Shown here: positions 47,328 through 60,149 of the stretch, piece by piece
How the letters are laid out: every line of letters starts with the position of its first letter
Numbering within the stretch: the stretch's first letter is position 1
From: Macrostomum lignano
Lineage: Eukaryota
DNA: 64,000 bases
NCBI GenBank assembly: GCA_002269645.1
Contig: NIVC01003228.1
Coordinates: 45,797-109,796, forward strand
Direction: 5' to 3'
Notes under the pieces: model-generated
What the model was told of the DNA's origin: nothing
Databases searched by the model: none
Seen by the model: only the letters and a program-made list of their open reading frames with translations
Position numbers and translations under genes: made by a program

Positions 47328-49310
47328 GGGCGTCGCGGCGTCTGATGAGGTTTCTGCATTCGCTGCAAATAACACTCGTTGTTTTCCAGCAAAACACGTC
47401 AAGTCGCTTCTTTTTTGTTTGCCTTGTATTGACAACCTATAAGGTCTGCTTCTTTTTTATAGCAGATCTCATCATTCATTCTAACGCGCAACGACTGTGT
47501 GCTTCTGGTTTTAAGGTTTTGTTATCTCCTTACTCATCAAGTCCACTCCATTATCATCGCGGCATTTAACCTTTTAGTTTGCGTCATCGTAAAATCTTAA
47601 TTTTTTCAATTTAAATTTTTAAAAATAATTTATTCAGTCCCTGCATGCAGCGATTTTATTGGCTAGCCGACTGTCGGCTGGGGTAGAGTGGAGAAATCTG
47701 AAGCGTAAATTTAGACTGGAATTGAATGCTGAAATCTGATTGGCTAGACGACTGTTGGCTGGGGTAGAGAAATCTGAAGCGCACATTTGGATTGGAATTG
47801 AATGCTGAAATTTGATTGGCTGACACTGCTTTGGACTTTGATTGTGCAAAATTTTGACACAGTCTTTTACGGTAAATTTTCTGAAGATATTTAGCTGGGC
47901 GAAATAAATCACTCATAGTAATCAAGTAACAAAATGAATAGACTGGTGTCTTAATATTTCTGCTTGTATAGTCTCAATTTATGAATCCTTTTGAATAATA
48001 TTGTTTGTTTGATCTGTCAACGAATCTCCAGACTGATTGGATGTTACAGGTATTATCATGTACTACCAATACGCAAAAATATTTATGCCGCAGCTTACCT
48101 ACTATAAAGTGCTAAATACACACTAATCAAAGCCTGGAGTCGCTGCAGATGCCGCTGTGTCTACACTTGCAGCGATTAAATCGCTCTTTCTATTGTTTTG
48201 TCTGACTAATCTTATCTGTAAAATGAGACCAATACAATAAATACATGTACATCAACAATCGGTTAAGGAATAATTATGTGGGAAAATTTAAACCCAATCT
48301 CCAAATTCTTGACCAACCAAAGAAAGCTCTACACACAGTTGCTTGTATGTAGCGTGGAAGCCCAGCAGTCACACTAATAAGAACCTTCTCTACTCAAGGA
48401 CTACTAGACTTAGACGATATAACGAAGTGTTCCTGTGGTCCTTGTCACATACGTGTACATGTCAGGTTAAATGAAAAGCAATTCAGATATCTAGGCCCTA
48501 ATCTAAAATTGTCAGCCAAGGAACGCTTATTTTGGTCATTTTTTCAGCTGCTTCTTTTAAAGTCATATCTAATAAAGATGAAGCAGTGGATTAGCAGTCA
48601 ACCGATGTACAATTCGAAAGGTGCTCGTAATTTTGCAAATATATTATTAGAATAAGAGCTAACATGCTTTCGATGAAGTAGTTTGTAAAGTACTTTTAGC
48701 AAAGAATCCATTTATTTTAATTATTAAACTTGTGATTTCAAAATGGCAGGCTTCTGTCTGTATAGATGATAATCTTGCAATTGTTCATGATGTTGTATCA
48801 GTTTCGAAAGTAAAGTTTGCTTATGTTAAAACAGAAACAGAAAGATTTGCTTGCTCTTAAATAAAATCATTAAGGTTTTAGTGTCTTCATTTGTTATTAT
48901 AAATAAGTACTGCATTATCTTGAATTTAAAAGTAATCTTAATTCGTGTTATGAGCATGCACAGATCAGAGTTAGTTAGTAACTTAAGAGTTGGAACAAAA
49001 ATCCATCTCGTCTCGTCGAGTAGGTTGAGTGAGTACGTTGTTACAATGTTACTGTTTACCGTCCGAAATTTTTGGAATTTGGCGTCAGATGCAGAGCACA
49101 GCTGGGTTACTGTTGGCGCAAAGGATTTTTTCTAGTCGATTGTGACTGACTGCAAACAGGCTAATTATAATTTTACTACTAGACGTTAGTATACTGAATA
49201 CTAATAATAGTGTACTAGGCCTAACAATCCCGACGTACTTAAGGATCCCACCGATTAACACCAAGTTATTATAGAGATGTATTTAACTCTATTAAGATTT
49301 TACTAATTGT

Positions 49311-49926
49311 GGATTACAGTCATTTCGGTGACAAGACGTTTCGGTGACAGTCCTTTCGGTGACAAGCAAAAGTCATTTCGGTGACAAGAAAAATACCCTT
49401 TTCAAGTGATAGCCATTCTGTTTTTAAACAGAAAATTAGCTTGCAAATCTTAAAGGATATTGAACCTAAAGCTTTATAATTATTTGAAAAGGTTAAGTTC
49501 AGCTTTATTTGATTTTGTTTATTTACAATTAAAGAGTGGCGGTCTTTTGAATTGTTTTTTCATCCAAACGTGTAGCGTCAATTTCTGCTTTTCTCGTGGT
49601 CGGCATTTCATGAGGATTCTCTATATAGGTTTATGGTTTAAGTCTCTGAAAACTCTGAGACAATTCAAAACGATCTGTACAGGAAAAAAACAACATAATT
49701 TAGTTTTATTTGTTTTCCTAAATATATTAGTCTTTCGACGAAAATTTTTAAATATGTACGAAGCATAAGTCTTAACAAAATAACTACAAGCCAAGCTAAC
49801 GTTATCAAGCGCCTCTTATCACCAATAATTATTATATCTTTAATTTTTCATAAAAAATGAAGTGTGTCTATCACAAAAGCAACTTGTCACCGAAACGACT
49901 ATTTGTCACCGAAACGACTGGTACCC
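49311..49926. mobile_element. MITE with tandem subterminal TTTCGGTGACAA motifs and 8-bp TSD
   Basis: Left end GGATTACAGTCATTTCGGTGACAA; right end reverse complement GGGTACCAGTCGTTTCGGTGACAA. TSD CTAATTGT at 49303-49310 and 49927-49934. Superfamily uncertain (MULE-like?). Confidence 0.8.
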
Positions 49927-50488
49927 CTAATTGTACTAAATCTATTATTTATTTATTTCTAAGAATCCTAGGTCAACTTTTAAACCTATATGTATTATAT
50001 ACGTTATGGGCTATCGTCGGTATGAATTATCCTGGGTAGCTTCAGTGCCCGAGCGGCAAGACACTGCTGACTACTACTGCTATTACTAATTCCTCAACTA
50101 ATCAGTCCAACACAGCGTTACCATGGACTGAGGGGTTTCTGGCTTTAATACTGTCTCTCCTGACTAATATTGCATCACGCTTAGCTGCAACAGCCTGAAT
50201 CTATTTTCTTGGGAATCCTCCCTTTCTACTGGGCAATCCACCTTTCTTTACTGAGCAAAATGCTTGTTTGGCAATCCCTGCTTAACTGCACTTGCAAAAT
50301 GCCCTTTCTATTCAACATGGTATTTCCAACTTGCAATCCTGCTTAAATGACTAAGTCAGAAAACCAGAGTCTTCAATGAATTGTACTTATAATTGTCTTC
50401 AATTATATTAGTATGGACATTCAGATTGTTGGGATCTATAAAATACAGCTAGTAGTTAATTGTCAAATAGTTGGGTAGCCTATCTCTC

Positions 50489-50786
50489 CATACATGCGCA
50501 ACAGTCGGCCGAGTCGGCCGATCCGGCCGACCGATTTGGCGGCCAACCAAGGAAGTTGCAAAAATGCCTACCTGAATAAAAACCCAAGTAGTAGTACTAA
50601 GTAGCTGACGAGGCATTTTGGCTCAATAAGACAGTTATAGTTACTTCTGCCGTTTACCCAAAGTTGCGTTAATTTTGCTTTAGGGTTTTTTTACATGTAA
50701 GTCGCATTTTTGGCCAAAAACTACGTCGCATTTTTGTTAAAACTAAGTCGCACGGCCGACCAAATTTTGGGGGTTGCGCATGTATG
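50489..50786. mobile_element. MITE with 14-bp TIR CATACATGCGCAAC and 8-bp TSD (hAT or P superfamily)
   Basis: TSD TATCTCTC at 50481-50488 and 50787-50794. Confidence 0.88.
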
Positions 50787-52869
50787 TATCTCTCCTATCC
50801 TAGTCCCTTAAAAAAACAGAGTGATTATAGGTTTTGGTCATAGATATAGCCAATAACCATCTCAAACTAGTAGACATAGACATAAAATATATATACTACC
50901 ACATCTTATATTTGCATAAGCTCAAATATTTATTTGCAATAATTACAAAAGTTATTATTTTTCAAAAAATAATTAAATATGCTAAACTAAAAGGTTGCCA
51001 AATCATGATTTATATTAAAATAATTATCAATATTATTACATTTAGAGACTTTGTCTTTAGACATTAGTAGGCCCTAAGGCTTAAGGGTCCTATGACTTGC
51101 CAATAAAAAAGAGAAAGAGGAATGGGAAGGTCAGATATGGTGCCACCCACTTGATCTTATCCTAGCCAGTTTGAAGGCTGGGCTATAAATACATTGATTC
51201 TCAGGAAAGAAGATTCTTTATTTCTCCTCCTGCCCCTGCTGTTGATTGGGACCAACTGTGAGCCACAGTAAATTATAAAGCCTTGTATCTGTTCATTGAA
51301 GATCTCTGTCGGTCGTGACAGAGGGGTAGCAGGCGTCCAAGGTGGTTGGCATGTGAGGCCTTCAAAAGCCACCAAAAATGATGTGATATAATAGGGCCTA
51401 GTCATAAAAATTTAAGGCTTGTCTATTTCTATTAACTTATTCCTATAATAGTAGTCAACCCATTTGGCAAAGGAATTTTTGGCAAAAGACTTATAACAAC
51501 CATTTTGTCTAAAGCTAGACATTTTGGCAAATGATTCATTAAAGTTGATCCACTTTGGCAAAAAGTTATTGGCAAGTTTAATGCAAGTAAGCAACAAGTT
51601 TAAAAATCAATGACAAATAAAACAAACAATTAAAATAAACCAATTTAGCAATTAAAATTGATTAATAAAGTTAAAGTCATTTGAGCTAAAAATTTAAAGT
51701 AAAAAAAATCTTTTTATTATCATTATATGTCAGTATCACAAAGTAAGGGTATATTTAGGTGACTACACTTTTCCAAGCTCTCAGTTAAGTGCAGACCCAA
51801 GCAGTGCTCCTGCCATAGATCTAGAAATAGCAACAAGTGTCAATGGCAACAAGTCACCTTTGTGCAATTTTATCAAATGAGAATGTAAAATTGAAGGTTA
51901 CCTTGCTTGAAATACTCTACCATTTCACATGTTATAAGATGAGGCAAGAAGCAGTCATAAATAGATATTTCATAAAGCTCTTGATGATCCCATTTTATTA
52001 CTAGATAGCCCCTTTAATTGTTGATGCAAAATTTGTATCCGTCATTTTTGATGCTGCAATTTATCACATTGGTCACCACTGATGTCATGGTAGCAAATGC
52101 TTACAATTTTCTCACACAAATTGACAAGTCAAGTCATAATTGCAAGCAAAAAGAGGTGAGGAAACAATAGCCCATAGGCAAACCTTTTTATTGATAATTA
52201 GCATATAGCAGGGTAGGTGCAATATAAATATTGAATCAATAATATTTAGGGCTAAAAGCATCCACAAATGTGCAAGTACAAACCTGAATATCAAAAGGCA
52301 TAGAAAGAATGCACAAAGTAAATGAGAAAGAAAGAGACAAGTGTGGCATGAACTTACCAAGCAAAACTACAAACACAAACCCAACACTTAAAAGTCAAGT
52401 TTTTATATGCACTGAGCAAAAATAGTCTAGTGCTATTGTGTTTGTTTAAATTTGTTTCTTAAACAAATAAAAATATTTAAACTAGCACACTTAAAATCAT
52501 ACATGCACAACACTGGGAATCACTTGGCCGTTTCTATTGGCAACACACACATGTAATTTGCTATTGGCTGAGAATAGTCATGTGATTACTATTCTGTCCA
52601 ATAGTGACTTGCATGTATGTGTTGCCAATAGAAACAACCAGGTGAATTTCTAGGTTGCCCCCAAGCATGATTAGAATATTAGTACTTAGATGCATAAATA
52701 CTATAGAGCTACCTTTAATTAGTCTACATAAATAGCCTTAAAAGCACAAAGTACTTAGCCTCTTACACTTTTATTAATGTAGTATATTAAAGTATAAAAT
52801 TTCTAAAAGGGTCAGACTTTGATTTTTTCCTTAGCTTCTTAGGTATTGACTTTATTTATAGTTTGGTAA

Positions 52870-53021
52870 CAGGGGTGTAGCTAGGAATTTCCTATGGGGG
52901 GATATACCAAGGTAAAAGTGCTATGACAGAATCACATGGTAGCATGTATAGCAACAAAAAAGTTTTGGTCAGGCTCTTTGGTGGGGGATACATCTCCCCT
53001 ATCCCCCTCCCTATGCCCCTG
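52870..53021. mobile_element. 152-bp hAT-type MITE
   Basis: TIR CAGGGGTGTAG / CTATGCCCCTG. 8-bp TSD TTTGGTAA at 52862-52869 and 53022-53029. Confidence 0.85.
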
Positions 53022-53574
53022 TTTGGTAAACAATATTAGGATAACACTAAGGCAGATTTTAGCAAGCAACTATCTTTGTATATCTCTAGCTTTAATCTTA
53101 TCAATCTTACTAAATCTTTGCTTTGTGCAAATGAAACTTAGCAGGCATGCAGATTGATACATATGACTTTATATCTTGTGGTATCAATAAGGCTACTTAG
53201 TATCCTAAGGAATTAGTAACCTAGGGACTTGAATAAACTTGAGCTACCACATCTCAACAAAACTCTGTAATGCTGCCTATAGTCTAGGTTGCATGGCCTT
53301 GCAACTGCCCTTTGCCTGCTAATGATTATGGCTGCCATGCTTATCTATAGCCTATAGGTTATTTTAGTAGTTAACTATTTTTATAATATAATGAAATAGT
53401 ATATAAAGAGTGGATCAGATTATTAGATGTACTGCAAGATAGGAACAAGAAACTTATTTTATATTTTTTTGTACAATAAATGTAGTTTAGACAATCTAGT
53501 AATGTTAACTAGGTTTTAGCATTGCATTTAGATAGTCAATACCTATATACAAGTGTAGTGATTATAACTTATAG

Positions 53575-55794
53575 TGATGTAACCGCCCTTGTCGCCTGTC
53601 CGCTCCGTAGAGAGACGAACGCATGACTAGAGGGGCAATGACCGTAGGCTGCCTATGACCGGGCAATGACCTGACGGACCTCCAGCACCAGACTGTCCCG
53701 CCCACATGATTAGTAGCTTTGGTAGCGCTTCGTGACCAGAGGGCCAAGGACCCACATGGACCCCACCTGTAGCCAAGGTGCAATAGTTGGTCACTCGGTC
53801 ATAGTATGACCGAGTGGCTGCCACCACTCTATGTGACCTGGCGCACCTGGATCTTTCTACCAGACCTCTCGAGGCTAGAGCCCCGCCTGGATTGGTTACC
53901 AGGGGATTTAGGCTAACAGGGGAGACGCATGCAGCCGAGTACAGGGACTCTGCTTGGGGCATGATCGGGAACTCTGGGCTCAATCCTGGAGGATTTCTCA
54001 GCAGGGGATCCTTTGTGGCTGTGAGCGAGGCTGACTTGCGACTTTGATTACTAAGAGTAGTATGAGGCGAACATGTACTGTCTACAGTTTAGATTGCTCA
54101 GGGCGAAGGGACGCGTTAGCATGGGGTTGCAACCTTCCTACTGCCATGCTGTGCCAAGACTCGCTAATCCCTCTACTGCACGCACACGCGGCCCCGCAGC
54201 ACGCCCTCACAGGCGGGCTTTGCACGGGGAGAGGCCATTAGCTTACCCAAACTTCCTTATGCTTTGCCACCCCGGGAGAAAGGCTTAGCAAGCCATGAGT
54301 GAAATGATGGTGAAAGATTGGATAATGATGAAGTTAGTTAATAGTTAATAATTAGGCCCTTAGGCAAATAGTCAGGCAATTAGGCGGCTTCACTATTGAG
54401 TAAAATACAGCAAAAGATACGGTATCACAATTGGCTCAGCTCTCTAATCAGACAATGGAAAATAGGCAAACCCCGGATAAGCAAAGGCAATTAGAGCACA
54501 AATTAGTAGCAGGAACTTACCGGCAGCTGCACAGAGAGAGAGAGAGAGACGGAGTGACCGAGGGCGGCTGTAGGCTGCAGTCAGGCAGACGGTGAAGCGG
54601 CGATGCGCTGGAGCGACGAGGCGCTGATGTAGATCAGGCGATGCTGATGATGCGGGGCGGTATCAGACCGCTGGCCGATAGGCGAGCTCACTTGGGGAGC
54701 TAAGGATAACTTGGCGGTAACAGACCGCGGGCCGGCAGGGATTCGTCTTATAGACGAGTGGGTCAGAACTCAATCTGACAGCAAGTCCAAAGAAGGACGA
54801 GGAGAGGAACAGAGATAAACTCAGTTGAGTATTCTCATGCCGAAATCGCTTCCTTTTATAGACCTCACAGCCGCCTCCTCAAGGTCGTTACCATGGCTCC
54901 CTCTCTCTGATTGGCTGCCGGCAGAATGACGTCAGAATGAGTCATGATGAGAAGCATGAGACCGGCATAGCAACATGAGAAATCGGGAAATTGCGCAATC
55001 CGGAGGTGGGGTGGGGGGATAATTGGCGCAGCGGGTGGTCGCGAAAGTGTTGCGCAAGCAAACATTGAGAACAATAGGGCTGGGGTCGAGAACAAAGGAA
55101 TTGGAAATCGGGGATAATTGGGGAAAACTGAGAACAATGGAAAAGTAAACATTGGAGAAAAGGTGATAATTAGGTGCGAAAACGAGAACAAAAGAAAGAG
55201 AAAATCGGAGAAAATGTGATAATTGGTGGGGGTCGAGAGAACAAAAGAAGCAAAAACGAGAACAATAGAAGCGGAGGTGGGGTGGGTGTCACATGAGAAA
55301 TTTGGGAAGGAGAACAATAGCGTGAGAAAAGGTTGCGCAAGAGAGGGGGATGAGTCATCGATGAGTCACCGAGGGGGAGAAGGGGTCACACGACTTGCGT
55401 CACCGTTTGGGAGTTTGAGAGGGGATGGGGAGACGGTGAGCACACAAAGTACTGTAAGTAGACACAGGGAAAGAGGGGACAGCGCAGGAAAAGAGTGCAG
55501 AGGGAGACAAAAAAAAGGGAGGAGGTAGAGAAAGTACAGGAAGAATAGGGCGGGAACAGAAGAGATAGGGTAGAGGGGGAGGTACAGAAAGGGGTAGGGG
55601 CTCCGGAAAGGCAGGTGTGGCGGCAGGAGAGACGGGACCAAGGCAGCAGGAGGGGTGCAGCAGAGCGGGAGTCTCCAGGCCCGGTCGGAGACCTGGCCGA
55701 GTCTCGACAGCTCTGTGCAGAGGGTGCACGGGATAGGAGGCACTTTCGAAAAAGTTCCCATGCCCTATCCCGCGACCAGAGCGTGGTTACATCA
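53575..55794 (-). repeat. 3' LTR (2220 bp)
   Basis: 10-bp terminal inverted repeat. Direct repeat of 62627-64000. Confidence 0.85.
54854..54934 (-). promoter_or_regulatory. LTR promoter: CRE (TGACGTCA 54927-54934), CCAAT (54909-54914), TATAAAA (54854-54860); copy at 63902-63982
   Basis: Canonical motifs in the expected order on the minus strand. Confidence 0.7.
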
Positions 55795-56400
55795 CACCCC
55801 CACTGCCTTTTGTGACGGAACTGGTTCCGTCATCATCACTGCCCAACATGGAACCACACAGACGGGAGCGGGATCTCAACCGAACGTGAAATCACAGAAT
55901 TAACAAACCGCGAGCGGGAATGGAAAAAGGCGATAAAATAGAGGGGATAGCAATAAATTCACAAAACGAGATACATAGGTTGGAGTGCAATACAGAATTT
56001 CAAAAATTTCAACTGTTGCTGTGGCTAAAGTGGGAGGGGGGAAACACAGACAGCGCAATAGTAGGGAGAAAAATAGCGAATTGTCAACAATAAATTATCA
56101 TAATTGGATAGAAGCGCAGCTGGGAAAGAGAGGAAACGGGGAAGGGTGAGGGAAGTGGGGAAAAAGAAGGGGGGGAAGGGTTGCTAGCACACAGCTAAGG
56201 GCAGAGCCTCGGGGAGAATGACGATTACACAGGGGAAAAATACTAATGCAGCGCAGTAAATTAATAAGCTAATTTCGCCGGGAGTTCAACCGCACGGAGG
56301 CCTAGCGTCCTTGAAGGCTCGGACCCCGCTTCAGCCAGTCAGAGGGCTTCGGGGCGATCGGTTGTAGGCTGGGAGGCGCCGCGCCGTGCGCTGGCCACTG

Positions 56401-56408
56401 TATAAAAG
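56401..56408 (+). promoter_or_regulatory. TATAAAAG box of a candidate antisense unit inside the LTR element
   Basis: Followed about 100 bp later by a G|GTAAGT donor at 56508. Confidence 0.5.
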
Positions 56409-56866
56409 GCGCCACTGATAACGGGAGCCGGCTGCCTGCAACCTACACGGAGTCGCAGTTTCCAACCAAGGCACTCAGCGCGATTTTCCAAACTATACAA
56501 CTACTCGGTAAGTCCCATCACCAACCTGATTTCCTTTCGCCTATACGTTAAACGAAATCCACCCACTTGTCATGCCTTTCATATTAAACTGAGCCAACTG
56601 TAGTAGTACAATATGTCTTTTCTTACGGTACTAAGAGTGAGAGGCCAACACAGACTTATTTTTATGAATTTGATTGACGCACAACAAAGACTCGTATATT
56701 ATTAGTAAAAGGTGGCATATTAGAAAAACAAGTTTTTATTAGAAAAATAGTGAAATTAAAAATAGTGGCACACACAGAAACACACACAGGCCTCATTCAC
56801 ATCTCCGAAACCCTCAAAAACTTAACAGCCGAAAGAATTCGAAAGAGGAATTAATCATTAATTTGA

Positions 56867-57235
56867 CTGCCACCAGTTTGATGTACTATTATAAAAGAGA
56901 AAGGGGAACCTACCACCACCTTGGCGCATTACCAAAGAAAAGAAAAGGAGGATCAGCCACCATTTTGAGAGAGGTTGCTAGGGAAAACTGCCACCAATTG
57001 TACATTAACAGGGAAGAGAAAGAGGGAACCCGTCACCAATTAGAGTGGATTGCCCGGGGAAACTGCCACCATTTGCCCTTCTACCAGAGGAGAGGAAGAC
57101 GAAAAACTGCCATCACTTAGAGGTGTATCATTAAAAGAAGGCGGGGAAGAAGGCTACCACTACTTGATCACCTAGAGCTCAAGGGAAGGAGAGGGAATGA
57201 AGAAAGGAAGAAACCCCCAGGAAGGCCACTACCAC
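56867..57235. repeat. Spaced array of about 8 CTGCCACCA-type motifs (PBS/LTR-junction copies), period 33-47 bp
   Basis: Motifs at 56867, 56910, 56954, 56988, 57030, 57063, 57107 and 57154. Confidence 0.85.
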
Positions 57236-57325
57236 ACGCCATAAAGTTAAAATCCCCATCTATCTACATCCTAATACCCGGCTAGTTCCCTACTTCTATT
57301 TCATCCCTTAAACCCTCATTTTCAG

Positions 57326-57732
57326 GATTCCGGCCGCTAGTAGCCGAGCCCATCCTTGAAGAGGAGTCCGACTACGAAGCGCCCGAAGACAGCCATTCAG
57401 AGCCGGACGCCCCCTCTGATTCTGGGCCGGCTGCGCCATCTGGTGACATAGGCGCCGCGGCTCCCGGGCCATGCGACCGCCGGGCCGCCAGCGAACCAGC
57501 GTCCGGGGCCGGTTGGCATCCGGTACCACCGCCGTTGTCAGCCCGAGCGCACGCTCCGCCGCCGGTCGCCGCGGTGACGCCCGTGGCTGCCGCTCCACAG
57601 CCCTTGCCAACCCCTGCGGTGGAGACCGACGGCTCCTGGCATTTGGTCGTGCTGTCGACGGCCCTAATAGCCGGTCTCACTATGCACTGGCTACTGCTCT
57701 TGGAGCTATTTCTGCGGCTTCCCAACTGCTGA
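57326..57732 (+). CDS. Candidate antisense exon: acidic/Pro-Ala-rich ORF with a C-terminal hydrophobic helix; no in-frame upstream ATG found
   Basis: CTAAT branch point, pyrimidine tract and TTTCAG acceptor at 57325. 135 open codons ending WHLVVLSTALIAGLTMHWLLLLELFLRLPNC*. ATTAAA at 57913. Confidence 0.4.
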
Positions 57733-58316
57733 TGCTGGTGGTTCTTAATGCTTACTTACTAATTCTGAACCATCTGTCCCCATAACTTGACTTTAATTAC
57801 TTACCTGACTTTACATTGACTAAACCACTGGCCTACTCTAAACTAATTGCTGCCCCATTTGCCTGGTAAACTTAATTACATTGAATGCCCCCCTATTGCC
57901 TCATCGAAACCAATTAAAAGTTTCCCAAAATCGGACTTTCACAAAGTGTGAACAAACACACGAAATCAGACCTAAAGGTGCTAATTTCCTACGGTCCCAG
58001 ACTTCCATTGTTCCCAGAAAATCTTAAACAGCGGGGCAGGACCTCCTGTGGAGCAGACCCATAGAAATTTTACTAGTTTCCAAGTTAATATTTACTGATA
58101 GGGAATTAACGCATACTGTACGGGCCTAATTTTCGAGCTAAAATCTTAGATATTTAAACAACACCAACGAGCACGAGGTCACAACATAAATTCGAGTAAT
58201 AGAGGGCATACGTAAATACGCGAAAAGCGGTCTCCAACGGGGCAACACGAGCAAAATTTCGACACGCGAATCGGGGGGGGAATTAAGCAATCACTGGCTA
58301 GCTACCGATCTGTTAC

Positions 58317-60149
58317 TCAGCGGGGGTCGAATGGGAGACTCACACCTAGCAAGTAAACCTTTTCTGTTCGATAGTCTATGATAGCATGCGTACTGGCTAG
58401 AAAAGCACTACCCAGGAGGGAAACTGCTGCTGAATTGCCAACGACCAGAAAGAGGATTCTCACCTCTTCTAGCCCAATAACTGCTGTGAGGGTGGCCTGG
58501 CCTAGCATCTCTAATTCATTGCCCGTGTAGGACACGGCCTTCACACATGGGGGCTCCAGGGCCTCCACACTCTGTCCGGTAATTTTAGTAAAGTCTTTGA
58601 CTGTTAGCAAAGACAGCGCACTGCCCCCATCTACCAGGAGGCGGGTGGGAACATTCTCAATTGGCAACTCTACAACAATATCTCTCCCGCGTTGTCCTCT
58701 AGCTGGTCTTGGCTGATAGAAATCGGGCACCTTCTCAAATCTAAACTTCTTGCTGGGCGGACGTGGCAGGTTAAGCTGGGCCCTAGAGAGGGAACGGGGC
58801 TGAGTTCGGGCCGGGCCATTCAGCCCTCCCACGGGTTTCCCGAACCCGGGGGCTCTTCAGGCGTGGAAGGAGGAGGCATCAGAGCTTGCGCGCGCAGCTG
58901 GGCGAGCCTCTCCTGCCTCTCCCTGGTAGCCTCGTCTAACATATCTCTGCCCCATCCTCTAAATCTTGCCTATGGCGATCGGTGGCGCACGAAGCTGCAA
59001 TTGCTGCTGCTGCACACCCGGCGCCGGCGGCGTGGGCGCCTCCTGAATTGCAAGCGGCGGGGGCTGGGTTGGCGCCAGTTCCTACTGTTATTAGAGCCGC
59101 CCTGCCCCTGCCTCCAGTTCCTGTTGGGAGTGGCGGGGCGAGGGGGCCTCATCTGCTGGGGCAGCTGGGCAACAGACTCTGCTGTCGCCTTCATAGTTTC
59201 ATTGAGCTGCACCAGCTGGTTGCGCAGATCCTTTTGCGTTTGCTCTAGCGCGCCCAACCTCTCTTGCATCTCTGATAGGCCGTCACGTCCTCCTCCGTCT
59301 CGTCAGCTTCCTGGTTCACCATCCTGACCCACTTGCGAGGGGGCCTGGGTGGCTGCTGAGGTTGCAGACGGACTTCGGTGCGGGACTCAGACTGGGCGGG
59401 CCACTACTGTCCCATTTCCCGGCTAAGTCTGCGGCTTCTAACAGGGCTTGCTGCTGTTCTAACACCTGCTCAATTGTCTGCCAGCGACGGCTCAACAGAT
59501 CTTGTCTGACCTGGCGGGGGAGCTTAGCGTGTTCCAAGTAGGTGTACACGATTTCTTGTTCTCTCTGCTCACCCTGAATCTGAGGAAACATGGCCGTTAT
59601 CTGAGATCTTATCATAGCAGCAAAAGCACTATGTGATTGGCCGGGTTTCTGGCTCAGATTCTTCAGCTTATTTCTCTTAGCCAGTCAGTGTTGGCCTCAC
59701 CAACTGCTCTCCTAATCTGGATACGAACTGCTCAAAGGGCAATTGCCCGTCCAATCCTAAGGCTAAGTTCTGAAATTCACCTGGGAGGTGCGAGATGAGC
59801 ACCTGCTTCCTAGCCTGATCTCCTACAGTTCTCTCCGCGTCCAGCTTGTAGATCATTCTCTCTACCCATTGCACAAAACAGTGTTCGCCGGGAGAGAACT
59901 TCTCTACGTAGATTTTCGGCCTCTGGGCGTCTTGGCCCATGTTTAGCTGGTTAAACGCATTGGCTATAGCAGCAACTAAGTCTCCTAGCTGCGGGACTGC
60001 CTGAGGAGGATTCTGGGCTGCGTCCGGGGAGCAGCGGCGGCTGCTGCGTCACCCTGATTGGGAGCGGGAGCTGCTACTCCTTCATCTGGTTCCTCAACTA
60101 CTACTGCTTCTGGAGGCTGAGGGACCTGGTTACCAGCGGCTGCGGCCAT
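58317..60149 (-). pseudogene. Frameshifted gag (ATG 60149) and aspartic protease (LLVDGGSALSLL) relic
   Basis: Gag-like blocks (KFSPGE...QWVERM; LKNLSQKPGQSHSAFAAMIR) lie in different frames with shifts near 60030 and 59680. Protease ORF 58317-58832 ends in a stop. Confidence 0.8.

Noticed and set aside
50034-50070. tRNA/SINE-like A-box (GGTAGC...CCGAGCGG)
   Set aside because: No B-box or cloverleaf follows.
53562-54288. ORFs within the LTR (duplicated at 62567-63341)
   Set aside because: No recognisable domain, and an indel between the two LTR copies changes the frames.
56867-57235. CRISPR array
   Set aside because: Eukaryotic context, no cas genes, the repeat is only 9 nt, and the spacers are related to one another.
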